From Escherichia phage T5, in the sequence record AY692264.1: a DNA stretch of 64,000 bases; one strand, written 5' to 3'. Shown one piece after another: positions 37,253-48,390 of the stretch. The translations under genes were made by a program, and so were the position numbers. Every line of letters begins with the position of its first letter. Within the stretch, counting starts at the first letter, position 1. The notes beneath the pieces were generated by a model. That model did not search any database. It saw only the letters and a program-made list of their open reading frames with translations, and was not told where the DNA came from.

Positions 37253-37768
37253 TTACTTCGCTTTACGCTTGCGAGCTGGTTTAGCAGATTTACGAGCAGA
37301 ATCGCCCGTGAATTTAATCCCTACACCGTAGCACAGAGCACGAACGTTATCTTTGCTATACTCTACACCGAAGATATTTGGCTTAACAGAACCAAACTGT
37401 CCACGAGCATCACGCAGTACATCTGCCGTTGGTTTACGCTTCTGGTTAACTGCTTTCTCATAATCTTTCATGGCCATGCCATTACGAGAGAACAATTCAG
37501 CTCCAGCATTGAAACTCAGTGTTACTGGAACAGATTTGTGACCATAACCCTGTACATAGGTCACAAGGCGGGCTACAGAACGAGTAGCATTCTTAGCCTT
37601 CGGCTTTTGACGAATCGGAGCCGGACGATTCAGTGCCTGTGCAGCTTGAGCATCAGTAGGATGCTTGCGCAGGTGGCGTTCCAGACGAGCTTTGCGGTTA
37701 GCCTCAGTCTGCGGGAAAGTTTTAACTGTAGTAGCTGCTTGAGTTTTTGCGTTTTTCTGCTTAGCCAT
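37253..37768 (-). CDS. basic, probably nucleic-acid-binding protein
   Basis: 171 aa, strongly Lys/Arg-rich at both termini. Confidence 0.5.
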   Translation of the reverse strand: MAKQKNAKTQAATTVKTFPQTEANRKARLERHLRKHPTDAQAAQALNRPAPIRQKPKAKNATRSVARLVTYVQGYGHKSVPVTLSFNAGAELFSRNGMAMKDYEKAVNQKRKPTADVLRDARGQFGSVKPNIFGVEYSKDNVRALCYGVGIKFTGDSARKSAKPARKRKAK

Positions 37769-37806
37769 TATTTGTTTTCCTTTTTGTTTATCAATTTATG
37801 AAGTAT

Positions 37807-37835
37807 ATTATACGAGAATTTGAAGCGTTTAGCAA
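37807..37835 (-). promoter_or_regulatory. T5-type early promoter (TTGCTA-17-TATAAT)
   Basis: ATTATA 37807-37812, TAGCAA 37830-37835. Confidence 0.7.
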
Positions 37836-37851
37836 ATGAATTTTTTAAAAA

Positions 37852-38130
37852 TTATCTGCCGACCATCTTAGCTTGTTCTTCATCAGAAACGTATTGATAT
37901 GCACCCTTGTTATACGCCGGAGCAGTGCACATCTTCTTACGCTCAATTTCTTCTTGAGCTTTACGTTCACGTTCTGCCAATTCCTCATCCAGATAAACTA
38001 AACGTTGTTCTGGAGGAGGTGGAAGACGTGTTTCTGGCTCACCAATATTAGCCTTTCTTATTTGACGAGGTGATTGTGCACGTTTTCTCAACGGTTTAAA
38101 TCCTAATGAATTTGAGTTATAAATTCGCAT
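37852..38130 (-). CDS. hypothetical protein
   Basis: 92 aa ORF. Confidence 0.4.
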   Translation of the reverse strand: MRIYNSNSLGFKPLRKRAQSPRQIRKANIGEPETRLPPPPEQRLVYLDEELAERERKAQEEIERKKMCTAPAYNKGAYQYVSDEEQAKMVGR

Positions 38131-38157
38131 AAAGCCCTCCTCACTTTCAATACGAAT

Positions 38158-38186
38158 ATTATACTAAATTAGAGGGCTTTAAGCAA
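38158..38186 (-). promoter_or_regulatory. T5-type early promoter (TTGCTT-17-TATAAT)
   Basis: ATTATA 38158-38163, AAGCAA 38181-38186. Confidence 0.7.
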
Positions 38187-38206
38187 GAAGATTTTTAATT
38201 TATTTA

Positions 38207-38695
38207 TCACATCTCGGCCATTTCAGCTTCAGTAATAACTGTGTTACACAATGCATCTACAGCTTCATTACCACTAATACCAGAATGTCCTTTAACCTTA
38301 ATAAAGGTAGGATTAGTATTGTGGAAGTTAATGTATTGCTGGGTTAATTTAAATGCTTCTTGCCAAAGTTCTAGATTAAGAGGAACTTCACCATCTGCTT
38401 TCTTCCAGCCTTTCCTTTGCCAAGAGAACATCCAGCTTTCCATACCATTTTTGCAATAAGCAGAATCAGTATAGATAACAATTGGTCTATTATCTTTTTT
38501 AACTGACCAACGTAGAGCTTCTACAATAGCTGTGAGTTCCATCTCATTATTTGTAGTTTTAGGACTATAACCAGATTTAGAGCCTAAACGATCGTCGTTA
38601 TCATCATAGACAATAAAACCCCAAGCACCCGGGCCAGGGTTGGACTTACAAGCGCCATCTGTATAAACATGGAAAACTGACATTATTTGCTCCAA
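38207..38695 (-). CDS. rnh: ribonuclease H
   Basis: 162 aa; RNase H1 signature (YTDGAC ... ELTAIVEAL ... YTDSAY ... GHSGISGNEAVDAL). Confidence 0.85.
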   Translation of the reverse strand: MEQIMSVFHVYTDGACKSNPGPGAWGFIVYDDNDDRLGSKSGYSPKTTNNEMELTAIVEALRWSVKKDNRPIVIYTDSAYCKNGMESWMFSWQRKGWKKADGEVPLNLELWQEAFKLTQQYINFHNTNPTFIKVKGHSGISGNEAVDALCNTVITEAEMAEM

Positions 38696-38744
38696 TTAAT
38701 AGTTACCCAATAGCCTTCACGCTAATTATGATCAAGTAAAATAT

Positions 38745-38774
38745 ATTATATTTGAAATTATACCTAATAAGCAA
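38745..38774 (-). promoter_or_regulatory. T5-type early promoter (TTGCTT-18-TATAAT)
   Basis: ATTATA 38745-38750, AAGCAA 38769-38774; GCCC-loop-GGGC hairpin at 38791-38810 between thyA stop and promoter. Confidence 0.6.
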
Positions 38775-38816
38775 GTACAATTTCAAATATAATAGCCCCC
38801 GAAAGGGCTATTTGAG

Positions 38817-39656
38817 TTAAGAAGACATCTTAGCTTTAAGAGCTGGGTGAGGATCGTACCCCTCTAAATGGAATGACCAAGCTGCCGTATTATTTTCTAG
38901 TAAGTCGTAAAGATCTACAAATTCTGGCATTACTAGAGTCGGTAGAGGGCGTGGCTTGCGTTTTACCTGTTCTTCTACCTGTTCCATGTGGTCATTATAG
39001 ATATGAGTATCACCGCCACTAAAGATAAGATAACGAGGTTTTAATCCTGTCAGTTTTGCTAATATATGCGTTAGCAAAGCATAGCTAGCAATATTGAAAG
39101 GTAAACCGAGGAAACAATCCACAGAGCGTTGTGTCCATTTAAGATCTAGGTATCCATCGTTACTTACATAGCACTGGAAGCCGTAGTGGCAAGGGGGTAA
39201 TGCCATTTTATCAAGTTCAGCTACGTTCCATGCAGAAACTAGATGTCTGCGGCCATGAGGATTATTCTTGAGTCCTTCAATAAGTTCTAGAATCTGATCT
39301 CGCCCACCAAAGTTACGCCACTGTTTACCATATACTGGTCCTAGATTACCCTTATCATACCCCATACTTATAGCTTGGTCTTCATAATTTGGAGTCCAGA
39401 TGGTCCACTGTCCTTCGTCACGACCAAATGTGAATACACGTAGATCATGAAGATTTGTGGAACCAGACAAGAACCATAAAAGTTCTCCTACTACTGATTT
39501 CCAGGCTAGGCGTTTAGTAGTTACAGCCGGGAACCCTTCACGTAGGTCAAACTTAGCATAGGAATCAAAAATTGAAACTGTGCCCGTTCCTGTACGGTCA
39601 TTACGGGGTTCACCTAGTAAAATTACATCTGTCAAAATTTTTAAGTATTGTTGCAT
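38817..39656 (-). CDS. thyA: thymidylate synthase
   Basis: 279 aa; conserved ThyA blocks including PPCH active-site region. Confidence 0.9.
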   Translation of the reverse strand: MQQYLKILTDVILLGEPRNDRTGTGTVSIFDSYAKFDLREGFPAVTTKRLAWKSVVGELLWFLSGSTNLHDLRVFTFGRDEGQWTIWTPNYEDQAISMGYDKGNLGPVYGKQWRNFGGRDQILELIEGLKNNPHGRRHLVSAWNVAELDKMALPPCHYGFQCYVSNDGYLDLKWTQRSVDCFLGLPFNIASYALLTHILAKLTGLKPRYLIFSGGDTHIYNDHMEQVEEQVKRKPRPLPTLVMPEFVDLYDLLENNTAAWSFHLEGYDPHPALKAKMSS

Positions 39657-40189
39657 TAATAAGTAACCAATTCCTGTACAAATCGCAGGCTGTTATCACT
39701 GTTTGCGCCAACTGCATAGACTAATCGAGTGGATTCATAGTTATAATCCAGTATCATACTATCTAGGTGTGTATCTGCTTCTAGTTTCTGCTCGCTAAAG
39801 ATTGTAGATACAAAAGCACTTTCAATATGCCCATGTTGGTACATTTCTAGAAGAAGATTAGCTCCACCTAGAACTACTGTTTGCTGATCTTTTAGAAAAG
39901 TAGGTAATGTATCACCTATCATTGATATGGGAGTGTAAATATCGTGTGTAATATCATCTGGCAGTGGACGATCAGCACGAATAAATAGGTCAGAAGCCCC
40001 AATCATACGTTCCCTAACGGCATATGGAAGAGCTAAATAAGTACCTGCCCCAATAATAATATTATCAGGATTTAGTACATCTAATTGTGAATAAAAAGCA
40101 TCTAGTTCTTCTTTAAAAGAACCCCAGGGAAGCTTACCTCGGAGGCCGAACTCCCCATTCGGCCCAACTGCATACATTGCTGTAATCAT
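39656..40189 (-). CDS. frd: dihydrofolate reductase
   Basis: 177 aa; N-terminal MI-A-AV-G...LPW motif; follows thyA as in T5. Confidence 0.65.
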   Translation of the reverse strand: MITAMYAVGPNGEFGLRGKLPWGSFKEELDAFYSQLDVLNPDNIIIGAGTYLALPYAVRERMIGASDLFIRADRPLPDDITHDIYTPISMIGDTLPTFLKDQQTVVLGGANLLLEMYQHGHIESAFVSTIFSEQKLEADTHLDSMILDYNYESTRLVYAVGANSDNSLRFVQELVTY

Positions 40190-41331
40190 AGGAAATCTCC
40201 AAATTCATTGCCCAGATCTTTCAGAGTATCAGTAGAGGTCTCAGTTACCTGACCTACACGGTAGGCTGCACCAATCTGGATTTCTTGTGGAGCAGGCTGT
40301 AGAGAAGTAGTATCCAACCAGTTCATGATCCACGGAATAGGGTTTTTAGTGATTACTGGTAAGTGACTAGGCCATTCTACACCAATGTGCATAAATGCAT
40401 TACGCCCCACAAAGTACAAGTATTCTTCTAGAAGTTCTGCATTCAAACCAATCAGACTACGACCTTTGAAGATGAAATGACCCCATTCAATTTCAGTTTT
40501 CAGAGTTTTCAGGAGCTGTGCTGGTGCTTTAGCCACTGCTTCGTCTACCAGATCTTTGTCAAACTGCTGGAACATAATCTGGATGATTGCTTTAGACATC
40601 TGGGTGTGCAGAGCCTCATCTTTAGCAATTAATTGCAGATTTTTAGCAATACCTTGCAGAATATCGTTCTCTGCTAGAGCAAAAGTACATGCAAAGGATG
40701 CGTAGAACTGCATTGCTTCCAGACCGTAGATTGCAAAATAAGCGTCTAATAACTTAGCCTGAGTTTCACGTTTAACTTCAGGGAACTCAGTTTCTGGATA
40801 TGTATTGTCACCACGATGATCACGTACTGCGATGAAATACTGACCTAATTGGTACAGTTCATCGAACAGTTCAACAGAATCTGCGATACGTGCAAATGCT
40901 TCTTGGTTTTTAGTTACAGAATCAATAAATTCTGCTGGATCAGTCAGCACATTACGAATAATATTACTATAAGCACGACTATGCAGGTCTTCAAAATAGC
41001 TCCACTGCTTGAGCATACCTTCCAATTCTGGACGGCTTACAAGCGGCATAATAGCTGCTTCAGGCGCGCGACTAATGAAAGAATCTGTTTGAGTCTGCCA
41101 TGCTAAGTTCAGGAGTGTGATTTCCTGGATTTCACGTGGGAGATTGGGCCATTGTTTCTTATCTGCTTCCAGACTGATTTCAGTTTCAGTCCAAAATTGA
41201 GAGCGAGCTAATAACGCCAGCCTTTCTAGCTCTGGATGGGCTACTCGTACATAATCTGCAATACCAAGAGAATCACCGAGAAATAGATCTTTATTGGTAT
41301 GATCCCAGTTTAAGTTAAGTAAAGTTGTCAT
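40186..41331 (-). CDS. nrdB: ribonucleotide reductase small subunit
   Basis: 381 aa, ferritin-like RNR R2 profile, adjacent to nrdA. Confidence 0.8.
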   Translation of the reverse strand: MTTLLNLNWDHTNKDLFLGDSLGIADYVRVAHPELERLALLARSQFWTETEISLEADKKQWPNLPREIQEITLLNLAWQTQTDSFISRAPEAAIMPLVSRPELEGMLKQWSYFEDLHSRAYSNIIRNVLTDPAEFIDSVTKNQEAFARIADSVELFDELYQLGQYFIAVRDHRGDNTYPETEFPEVKRETQAKLLDAYFAIYGLEAMQFYASFACTFALAENDILQGIAKNLQLIAKDEALHTQMSKAIIQIMFQQFDKDLVDEAVAKAPAQLLKTLKTEIEWGHFIFKGRSLIGLNAELLEEYLYFVGRNAFMHIGVEWPSHLPVITKNPIPWIMNWLDTTSLQPAPQEIQIGAAYRVGQVTETSTDTLKDLGNEFGDFL

Positions 41332-41855
41332 TAGTTCTCCTGTTTATCTGTGTTTCTAAGTAGTGTTGGGTCTTTGGTTATAGAGAGAATTAAAGAATCT
41401 CGATACTCTATCGCCTCTTCTAGAGTTGGGAGAGTTTTCACATATTCTTTTCCGTTAATGGATTTTCTAACTTGAAATCCAGACCCTTTCTTCCGAATAT
41501 TCTTAGTACCCAATATATTGTTTTTACTGGTTTTTCTATTTTGACTATTTAACTGCCAGTCCGCTTCTCTTAGATTAGTCCACTTATAGTTTAGTGAATC
41601 TCCATCTATATGGTCAACCATAACTTTAGGTAAGTTTCCTGTCATGTACAGGAAAGCAATATTTTGTGCGGGATACTTCTTACCCTTGATTTGTATTACT
41701 AAGTCTTTTCGGTTAGGATCTACTGAGTGGGGTTTTAAACAGCCAGCAGGTAGTCCTCTTACTTTATTGTGTACTTCCTGGTTATTTAACCAAGTAAATG
41801 TTCCTTCATCTGGATTATACTCCAGAATCCTTTTTAATTCATCTTGTGTTATCAA
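41331..41855 (-). CDS. HNH homing endonuclease inserted between nrdA and nrdB
   Basis: 174 aa; paralog of 25638-26150 and 61574-62107 (shared MITQE(E/D)LKR N-terminus). Confidence 0.7.
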   Translation of the reverse strand: MITQDELKRILEYNPDEGTFTWLNNQEVHNKVRGLPAGCLKPHSVDPNRKDLVIQIKGKKYPAQNIAFLYMTGNLPKVMVDHIDGDSLNYKWTNLREADWQLNSQNRKTSKNNILGTKNIRKKGSGFQVRKSINGKEYVKTLPTLEEAIEYRDSLILSITKDPTLLRNTDKQEN

Positions 41856-41957
41856 AACTAATCTCCTTAACTAATGGAGATATTATAGCAAATCAGGTAG
41901 CGATTAGCAAGTAAAATTTCAAAGAAAAAGGAGACCCGAAGATCTCCTTGTTTTTTA

Positions 41958-44289
41958 TTATAACTGGCAACCACCAGAAGCACAACCCGCTGCTTCTTCA
42001 CCAGCTCCTCCACCATTCGCAGTGTTGAAGTTTGCGTAGTACCAAGTCTTCCAACCATATTTAACAGCAGTCATGAAATCACGAACTACTACCGGGCCAG
42101 GAATGATTTCATTCTCAAACTTGGTGTAGTCATAGTACATATTAGTACTGATAGACTGGCTGAAGAATTTCTGCATAGTTGCTACCCATTTGATCCATTC
42201 AATACGATCTACATCATAAGCCAGTTTATAGCTCATTAACGTTTCCCAGTCGGTTGCACCTGGAGCAATTGCAATTACTTTATTCACTGCACTACCCTTG
42301 ATAGATACAATCTTACGGGGTGGTTCAATAGAGTTAGTAACCCCTAACAGAACGGAAGAACTTTCTCCCGGCATCTGCGCAGTCAGAACAGAATTACGCA
42401 TACCGTACTTCAGAATGTCTGCACGCAGAGATTCCCAATCCATTTCTAGACCTACGGATACCAACTCATCAACAGTTTTCTTATACGTGTCGATTACCAG
42501 GATTCCTTTGGATGGTTTAGTACGATTAAACCATTCACATGCACCTTGCTCTTTGGCTAGACGTACAGAGGCTTTATGCAGGAAGTAGGACAATTTTTCA
42601 GCTTCACGATGAATCCAGTTACGAGCCTCAATACCTTCATAAGCCAGACCTTCTGCTGCCATTGCACCTGCTGCGTTCATAAGGCCAATACCAACGTTAC
42701 GACGTTTCTTAGCTGTATATTCCATGGTCGGGAACGGATAGTCCTGAATTTCAATAATTGTATCAACGAATTTCAGGAGGATGTAGCAAGTTTTTTCCCA
42801 CTCAGCCAGAGATTCCATGCGTCCAAGTACAACACCACCTAAGTTACACAGAGATACTTCACCAATATCCTCCGGCTTCATTTGATCAAGTTGTTCTTTT
42901 GTTTTATACAGTTCCGTGATATGATGGAACGGGCGTGTAGGTTGAGTAATTTCAACACAAAGGTTTGTCATACGGATCGGATCAAGGAAGTTACCGTGAC
43001 GATTAGATTCCCCGATGTGGTGAGCATACATACGTCCTGTTTCCATTCGGATACGTAGCCAAGTATCTAGGATTTCTTTTGCAGAGACTTTAGGAGCTGT
43101 TGGAACTGTTTTTCCTTCGTGGTCGATCTTTGTAAGAGATGCCACACGTTTCTCCGCTGCCACATAGATTTCTTCAAATTTAGCCTCGTCATCACTATAA
43201 AACGCTTCATGAACTTCTGGAGCATAGAAGTATGACATTAGCGTAATATCTTCATTTTTCAGATAACGTTTTAACAAAAGATTGTTGAAGCTCAGGGAAT
43301 AATCCATCTTATCGATTTTATTCTCATCTGTAGCACGTTGTTGCTTAACCTGCATCAATTGAATGATTTCAGGGTCAAAGTATGGATAAGATACTGTAGC
43401 AGAACCACCACGAGTTTGCTGAGTATTAGCCTTTACTGATCGGTCAATGTGTCGATAATATGGCAGTTTTCCGGAATGCGGGAATGCCCCATTTCGCACC
43501 GGATCAGCAATTGATCGGCTTTCAAGATGATACCCGATTCCCGCTCTGGCTGCGACCATTTTGAAAACGATGTGCTCGGCTGTGTCGATTGAATCCAATG
43601 TGTCAGTGGAATCCACGAGGCAGCAACTAGCAAATCCACGGTCACTAGAGCGCAAGCCAACCAATGGCGGCGTAGGAACGTTGATTTTGTGGAGCGACAT
43701 TGCATTGTAGAGATCGATTGCATCTAGAATTGTCCAGTTGGGTTGAGATAACATCGCCATTGCCATACCCATATAGGCAAATTGCGGAGTTTCGTAAATT
43801 TCGCCAGTTGCGATATTACGACGGGAATACTTATCAAAGAATTGTTTCAATCCTCCGCTAGTGAAAAGACGGTCACGATCATGGTCAATAACCTGATTCA
43901 AAGCCTCAAACTGCTCATCGGTAATCCATGCACTCATGTCTTCCCATGCACCTACACTAACCATATGATCGTGGAAGAAGCGTAGAGAAGGTGGTTCGAA
44001 GGAATCATAAAGACGTTTACGCATCTGCGCAAGACGTAATTCCTTTGCTGGCACGTCGTATGCTGGATTATCTTTAATAAGACTTTCAGCAGCCTTAATT
44101 AAAGCATCCATCAGAGTATCGGAATCTACAACCCCTTTAGGCAGAGTTTTTTGAGCAGCCATAGTAATGGCAGACCAACTTACATCAACTGTTTTACAAC
44201 CATACTCTGCCCAACCATTGAGTTTTTCAGGAGCAAAGTCTTCTACAGTACCGTCACGTTTAATTACTTTTTCAATGCGATGGCTCATT
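41958..44289 (-). CDS. nrdA: ribonucleotide reductase large subunit (class I)
   Basis: ATP-cone start VIKRDGTVEDF; start set to MSHRIEKV with AGGA RBS (track ORF extends 34 codons further upstream). Confidence 0.85.
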
Positions 44290-44631
44290 TGGTTTTCCTT
44301 TTTATAGTTATCAAGATTTAGGAAATAGTTTACTTTATTCTCAGTCATTTGGCAAATAAAATTTTCTGATAGAAAAGGCCCGAGTATTTTCATACCCAGG
44401 CCTTCTGTGTTGTCAGTCTAGTTTTTGGCCACTTAAGTTCTCAGCAGAATATCTATTGAGGTACTTAGTTCATTATAATTGAAGGGCCGATTTGGATTTG
44501 AGGTTACAATTTTCCACGCTAGGGTAGTCTTAGGACTTTCTTCCCCTTCCTTACGTGTAATCATATTAGCAGCACTCAATGAGGTACGGTGAATTTTAGT
44601 TTTTCGGTGTAGATGTACAACGTTTCCCATA

Positions 44632-45393
44632 TTACACCTTCCCCATGTCTTTAAAAATATCGTAGAATGCTTTAGACTCAGCAGAACGAACGTTATCAAT
44701 TAATTCGATCATTGAGAATGGAGCATTTTCATATTTCTCATAAACTTCCATAAGAAGTGCTAGACCTGAGTCACCTTTAATGTCTTTCTGAGCTATATCT
44801 CCGCAGATAATTAAACGGCAGTCTTGTCCTACACGAGTTAGTAGACAAACCATTGCCTCAACGGAAATATTCTGAGCTTCATCGACAATTACATAGGAGT
44901 TGTTGAAAGTTCTGCCACGAGCATGTTCTATAGCCAAAAATTTAATTTTCTGACGTTCGACATATCCCTTATAGGCATGATCACCGATGGCCCATTTCAT
45001 ACCATCAGCTATTGGCTCCAACCAAGGCTCTAGCTTTTCTGCTAGATCACCAGGAAGCATACCAAGAGACTTACCTAGAGGTTCATTAGGACGTACGAGA
45101 ATCACTTGCTCAATATCTGAGTGAATGTCTACGAGTTCCTGAGCTGCAAGAACAGACGGGATAAAGGTTTTACCAGTACCCGGCTCACCAATACCCACAG
45201 TCACTGTATTGTTCTTGATCATATTGATATATGATTTTTGCTCTCGGTTTTTACCTACTAGGGATTTAGCAACTGGATTAGCGTAATCATTAGAAAAATC
45301 AGCCTGAATTACGTTATTCTCATATTTGTTGCCACGCTTTCTTGAACCATTACGGTTCTCTCTTTTTTGACGTGCTTTTCCCATAAATAACAC
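44632..45393 (-). CDS. phoH: PhoH-like ATPase
   Basis: 253 aa, Walker A GIGEPGTGKT. Confidence 0.8.
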   Translation of the reverse strand: MLFMGKARQKRENRNGSRKRGNKYENNVIQADFSNDYANPVAKSLVGKNREQKSYINMIKNNTVTVGIGEPGTGKTFIPSVLAAQELVDIHSDIEQVILVRPNEPLGKSLGMLPGDLAEKLEPWLEPIADGMKWAIGDHAYKGYVERQKIKFLAIEHARGRTFNNSYVIVDEAQNISVEAMVCLLTRVGQDCRLIICGDIAQKDIKGDSGLALLMEVYEKYENAPFSMIELIDNVRSAESKAFYDIFKDMGKV

Positions 45394-45457
45394 TCCTATA
45401 GTGTACTTCGCTAACAGAGGATCAACAAAAAGATCTTGTTTATCAACTTACAAATAT

Positions 45458-45486
45458 ATTATACCAATATATACAGTAAAAAGCAA
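45458..45486 (-). promoter_or_regulatory. T5-type early promoter (TTGCTT-17-TATAAT) for phoH operon
   Basis: ATTATA 45458-45463, AAGCAA 45481-45486. Confidence 0.7.
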
Positions 45487-45696
45487 CTACAATTTTAAAT
45501 AAGCCTATGATATTGCATTTAAATAAAAAATTTGCTTGCTTTTAATGGGAAATGTGTGGTATTAGATAATCATTTTATACCGCGTACATAGGCGCAGGAT
45601 TATACTATTTTAAGTACAAAATAGCAAATAAATTTTTTAACAATTTGCTAACCTTTTAGCACAGATCAAAATACAACATCTAAGAGAAAAATTATA

Positions 45697-45725
45697 TTGA
45701 CATCTGCCCTTGAATAAGCTATAAT
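45697..45725 (+). promoter_or_regulatory. consensus sigma70 promoter (TTGACA-17-TATAAT) for nrdD
   Basis: exact consensus hexamers; divergent from the phoH promoter, marking the strand switch. Confidence 0.8.
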
Positions 45726-45754
45726 AGTAGTCTTAGTTAGAGAAGGAGGGTATA

Positions 45755-47629
45755 ATGAATCGCAATGATGAACTAAAATACAAGGAAATGCAGTCCTTGA
45801 TTAGAAACTGCAAAGAAATTATTGAGGGTTCTGCTGATGAAGAGCTTCTCTTTAATAATGCGAATAAACCCTCTGAGCGTTTCCCTACACAAAGGGATAT
45901 GCTTGCAGGGGAATTGAGTAAATATCTGATTCTAGAAGAAATGCCAGTTCAGATTCGAAATGCTCATATGATTGGAGATATTCATTTCCATGATGCTGAC
46001 TACGCTGCATTAGGCATGACTAACTGTTGCCTAGTAGCTCTAGAAGATATGTTGAAAAATGGTATGAAAGTTGGTAATGCTGAAATTAGTACACCAAATT
46101 CTATTACTACTGCGGCGGCTATTACAGCTCAAATTATCACACAGGTTAGCTCCCATCAGTATGGTGGTACTTCTGTAGACCGATTAGATGAAGTATTGGC
46201 CCCTTATGTTCGTAAGTCTTATGATAAGAATCATGCGTTTGCAAAACGTTGGACTAAGGATGAAGCCAAAGCATCAGTAATGGCTACGGAGATGACTGAA
46301 AAAGAAGTCTATGATGCTTGTCAGGGTCTAGAGTATGAGATCAATACGATGTTCAACTCTAATGGTCAGAGTCCATTTATTACTTTTGGTTTTGGTCTAG
46401 GAACTTCTTGGGAAGCACGTCTAATACAGAAAGCAATACTGAAAGTACGTATGGATGGCTTAGGCATCAATAAACGTACAGCTATCTTTCCGAAACTGGT
46501 GTTTGTTCTGCGTGATGGCGTAAATATGAAGCCTGGAGATGTTAATTATGACATCAAGAAGTTAGCTATGAAATGTACTGCTGAACGTATGTATCCAGAC
46601 TATATCAGCTATGATAAGGTTGTGGAAGTTACTGGTGACTATAAAGTTTCTATGGGCTGCCGTTCATTCTTAGCTGCTACAGAAGATGGTGAAACTGCCG
46701 GTCGTAATAACTTGGGTGTTGTTTCTGTAAACTTGCCTAGAATTGCTATCGAAGCTGAAGGGAATATTGATCTATTCTTTGATTTGCTTGAGCTACGTGT
46801 GGATACAGCGTTAAAAGCATTGGAGTGGAGAGTTGATCGCTTAAAATACATTCAAGCTAAAGCCGCACCCATCCTCTATATGTCAGGGGCCTTTGGATTA
46901 CGCTTAGGGCCTGATGAATATGTATTCGATCATTTCTATAACCGTGCTTCTGTATCTCTGGGGTATATTGGTTGCCATGAAATGCTACAGTTCATGTTTG
47001 GCAAAGATGTAGATACAATGTCTGAGACCTGCATCAAGTTTGTTCAGCGTGTATTGCAGTACATGCGGGATAGGGTCGATCAGAAGAAGGAAGAGACTAA
47101 GTTAGGTTATAGCCTGTATGCTACACCATCAGAGTCCCTATGTGATCGCTTCTGTCGTCTAGACCGTGAATATTTTCCGGAGCATGAAGATATTCTGTCC
47201 AAAGGATACTACACTAACTCTCACCACCTTGATGTGGAACGTAAAGTTGCTCCTAACGTGAAATTTGATTACGAATCTAACTTTACTCCGATTGCTTCTG
47301 GTGGGTGTATCTCTTATGTAGAACTACCAGATATGAAACGATTCCCAGATGCACTGGAATGGGTTATTAATTATGCTGCTAGTAAGGTTCATTACTTCGG
47401 TATTAATACTCCAGTGGATTCCTGTGGTAAATGTGGATTCTTAGGTGAAACAGTAGCATCCGAAGATGGATTTAAGTGCCCTATCTGTGGTAATCATGAC
47501 CCTGAAACTCTTGAAGTAACTCGTCGAGTTTGTGGGTATCTTGGAAATCCAGGTGCTCGTCCGTTTAACCCAGGAAAACAACATGAGGTTATGGGCAGGG
47601 TGAAACATCAGGATATTCGAGCTAAATAA
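45755..47629 (+). CDS. nrdD: anaerobic ribonucleoside-triphosphate reductase (class III)
   Basis: 624 aa; C-terminal glycyl-radical motif RVCGYLG and Cys-rich zinc site. Confidence 0.9.
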   Translation: MNRNDELKYKEMQSLIRNCKEIIEGSADEELLFNNANKPSERFPTQRDMLAGELSKYLILEEMPVQIRNAHMIGDIHFHDADYAALGMTNCCLVALEDMLKNGMKVGNAEISTPNSITTAAAITAQIITQVSSHQYGGTSVDRLDEVLAPYVRKSYDKNHAFAKRWTKDEAKASVMATEMTEKEVYDACQGLEYEINTMFNSNGQSPFITFGFGLGTSWEARLIQKAILKVRMDGLGINKRTAIFPKLVFVLRDGVNMKPGDVNYDIKKLAMKCTAERMYPDYISYDKVVEVTGDYKVSMGCRSFLAATEDGETAGRNNLGVVSVNLPRIAIEAEGNIDLFFDLLELRVDTALKALEWRVDRLKYIQAKAAPILYMSGAFGLRLGPDEYVFDHFYNRASVSLGYIGCHEMLQFMFGKDVDTMSETCIKFVQRVLQYMRDRVDQKKEETKLGYSLYATPSESLCDRFCRLDREYFPEHEDILSKGYYTNSHHLDVERKVAPNVKFDYESNFTPIASGGCISYVELPDMKRFPDALEWVINYAASKVHYFGINTPVDSCGKCGFLGETVASEDGFKCPICGNHDPETLEVTRRVCGYLGNPGARPFNPGKQHEVMGRVKHQDIRAK

Positions 47630-47637
47630 GCTAATCA

Positions 47638-47670
47638 GCCAGGTTGCTAGTCGACCTGGCTTTTATTTTA
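47638..47670 (+). terminator. rho-independent terminator
   Basis: GCCAGGT-loop-ACCTGGC hairpin followed by TTTTATTTTATTT. Confidence 0.65.
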
Positions 47671-47671
47671 T

Positions 47672-47700
47672 TTGCTTTCAGCTAAAAATATATGTATAAT
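47672..47700 (+). promoter_or_regulatory. T5-type promoter (TTGCTT-17-TATAAT)
   Basis: TTGCTT 47672-47677, TATAAT 47695-47700, then GAGGAGG RBS. Confidence 0.75.
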
Positions 47701-47729
47701 AGATTTATAAATTTGAGGAGGTAGGAATT

Positions 47730-48110
47730 ATGACTTTAAAACCGTATATAGTGGAGTCTACGTGTGGTGGTTTCCACCTGGGTGTGGATGATATTGCTGA
47801 GGCTGTCTTTGCTGCCACAGGTGATTACTCTCATATAGAGGGTGCTGGATACCCCACCGTTATTGGTGATTGGGTGGAAACAAATCTAGATGTATCGCCT
47901 TATAACCCGTATTGCTTGTTTGATGAAGATAGAGATGAGGTAAAGTGTAATCTTGAATTTGTGTATAATAGAGTATTAAAAGTATACCAACGTAGTCCCG
48001 ATGGGTACGAAGATATTACTTGTAGTATTAAACAGTATCTTAAAGATGTATACTCTAGTTTTTCTGACGAAGACCTAGAAACAGTTGCAGTGGAGTTTAA
48101 TAATGACTAA
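47730..48110 (+). CDS. hypothetical protein
   Basis: 126 aa ORF; no radical-SAM CxxxCxxC motif, so not an NrdG activase. Confidence 0.5.
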   Translation: MTLKPYIVESTCGGFHLGVDDIAEAVFAATGDYSHIEGAGYPTVIGDWVETNLDVSPYNPYCLFDEDRDEVKCNLEFVYNRVLKVYQRSPDGYEDITCSIKQYLKDVYSSFSDEDLETVAVEFNND

Positions 48111-48336
48111 GAATGTGAAACACCTTAAATATCGCTTAATCTATAACGGACGTATGGAAACGGAAGAGCTAGCTCAATTAGCTATTAATTCTAATGAGGT
48201 TATGGTGCGTGCGCTAGCAATTGAAAAGTTGCGGGCTTCTTATGAAAGTCGTATTATGGAATTAGAGGAGAAACTTTATGGACTTCTTGAATCAGAAGCT
48301 AAAAGTAGTCCAGAGGGCGAGACTTCTAATCAGTAG
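48085..48336 (+). CDS. hypothetical protein
   Basis: 83 aa ORF. Confidence 0.4.
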   Translation: MQWSLIMTKNVKHLKYRLIYNGRMETEELAQLAINSNEVMVRALAIEKLRASYESRIMELEEKLYGLLESEAKSSPEGETSNQ

Positions 48337-48390
48337 TGGAGTAATTTTACTCCAAAATATTATCTAGGGGTTCAAGAGAGGAATCATATA

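Noticed and set aside
44433-44699. ORF 44433-44699 (88 aa, minus) overlapping the 3' end of phoH
   Set aside because: Substantial out-of-frame overlap with the well-supported phoH and no RBS; likely spurious.
47730-48110. Expected an NrdG activase next to nrdD
   Set aside because: Neither this ORF nor its neighbours contain a radical-SAM CxxxCxxC motif; no nrdG is callable in this window.
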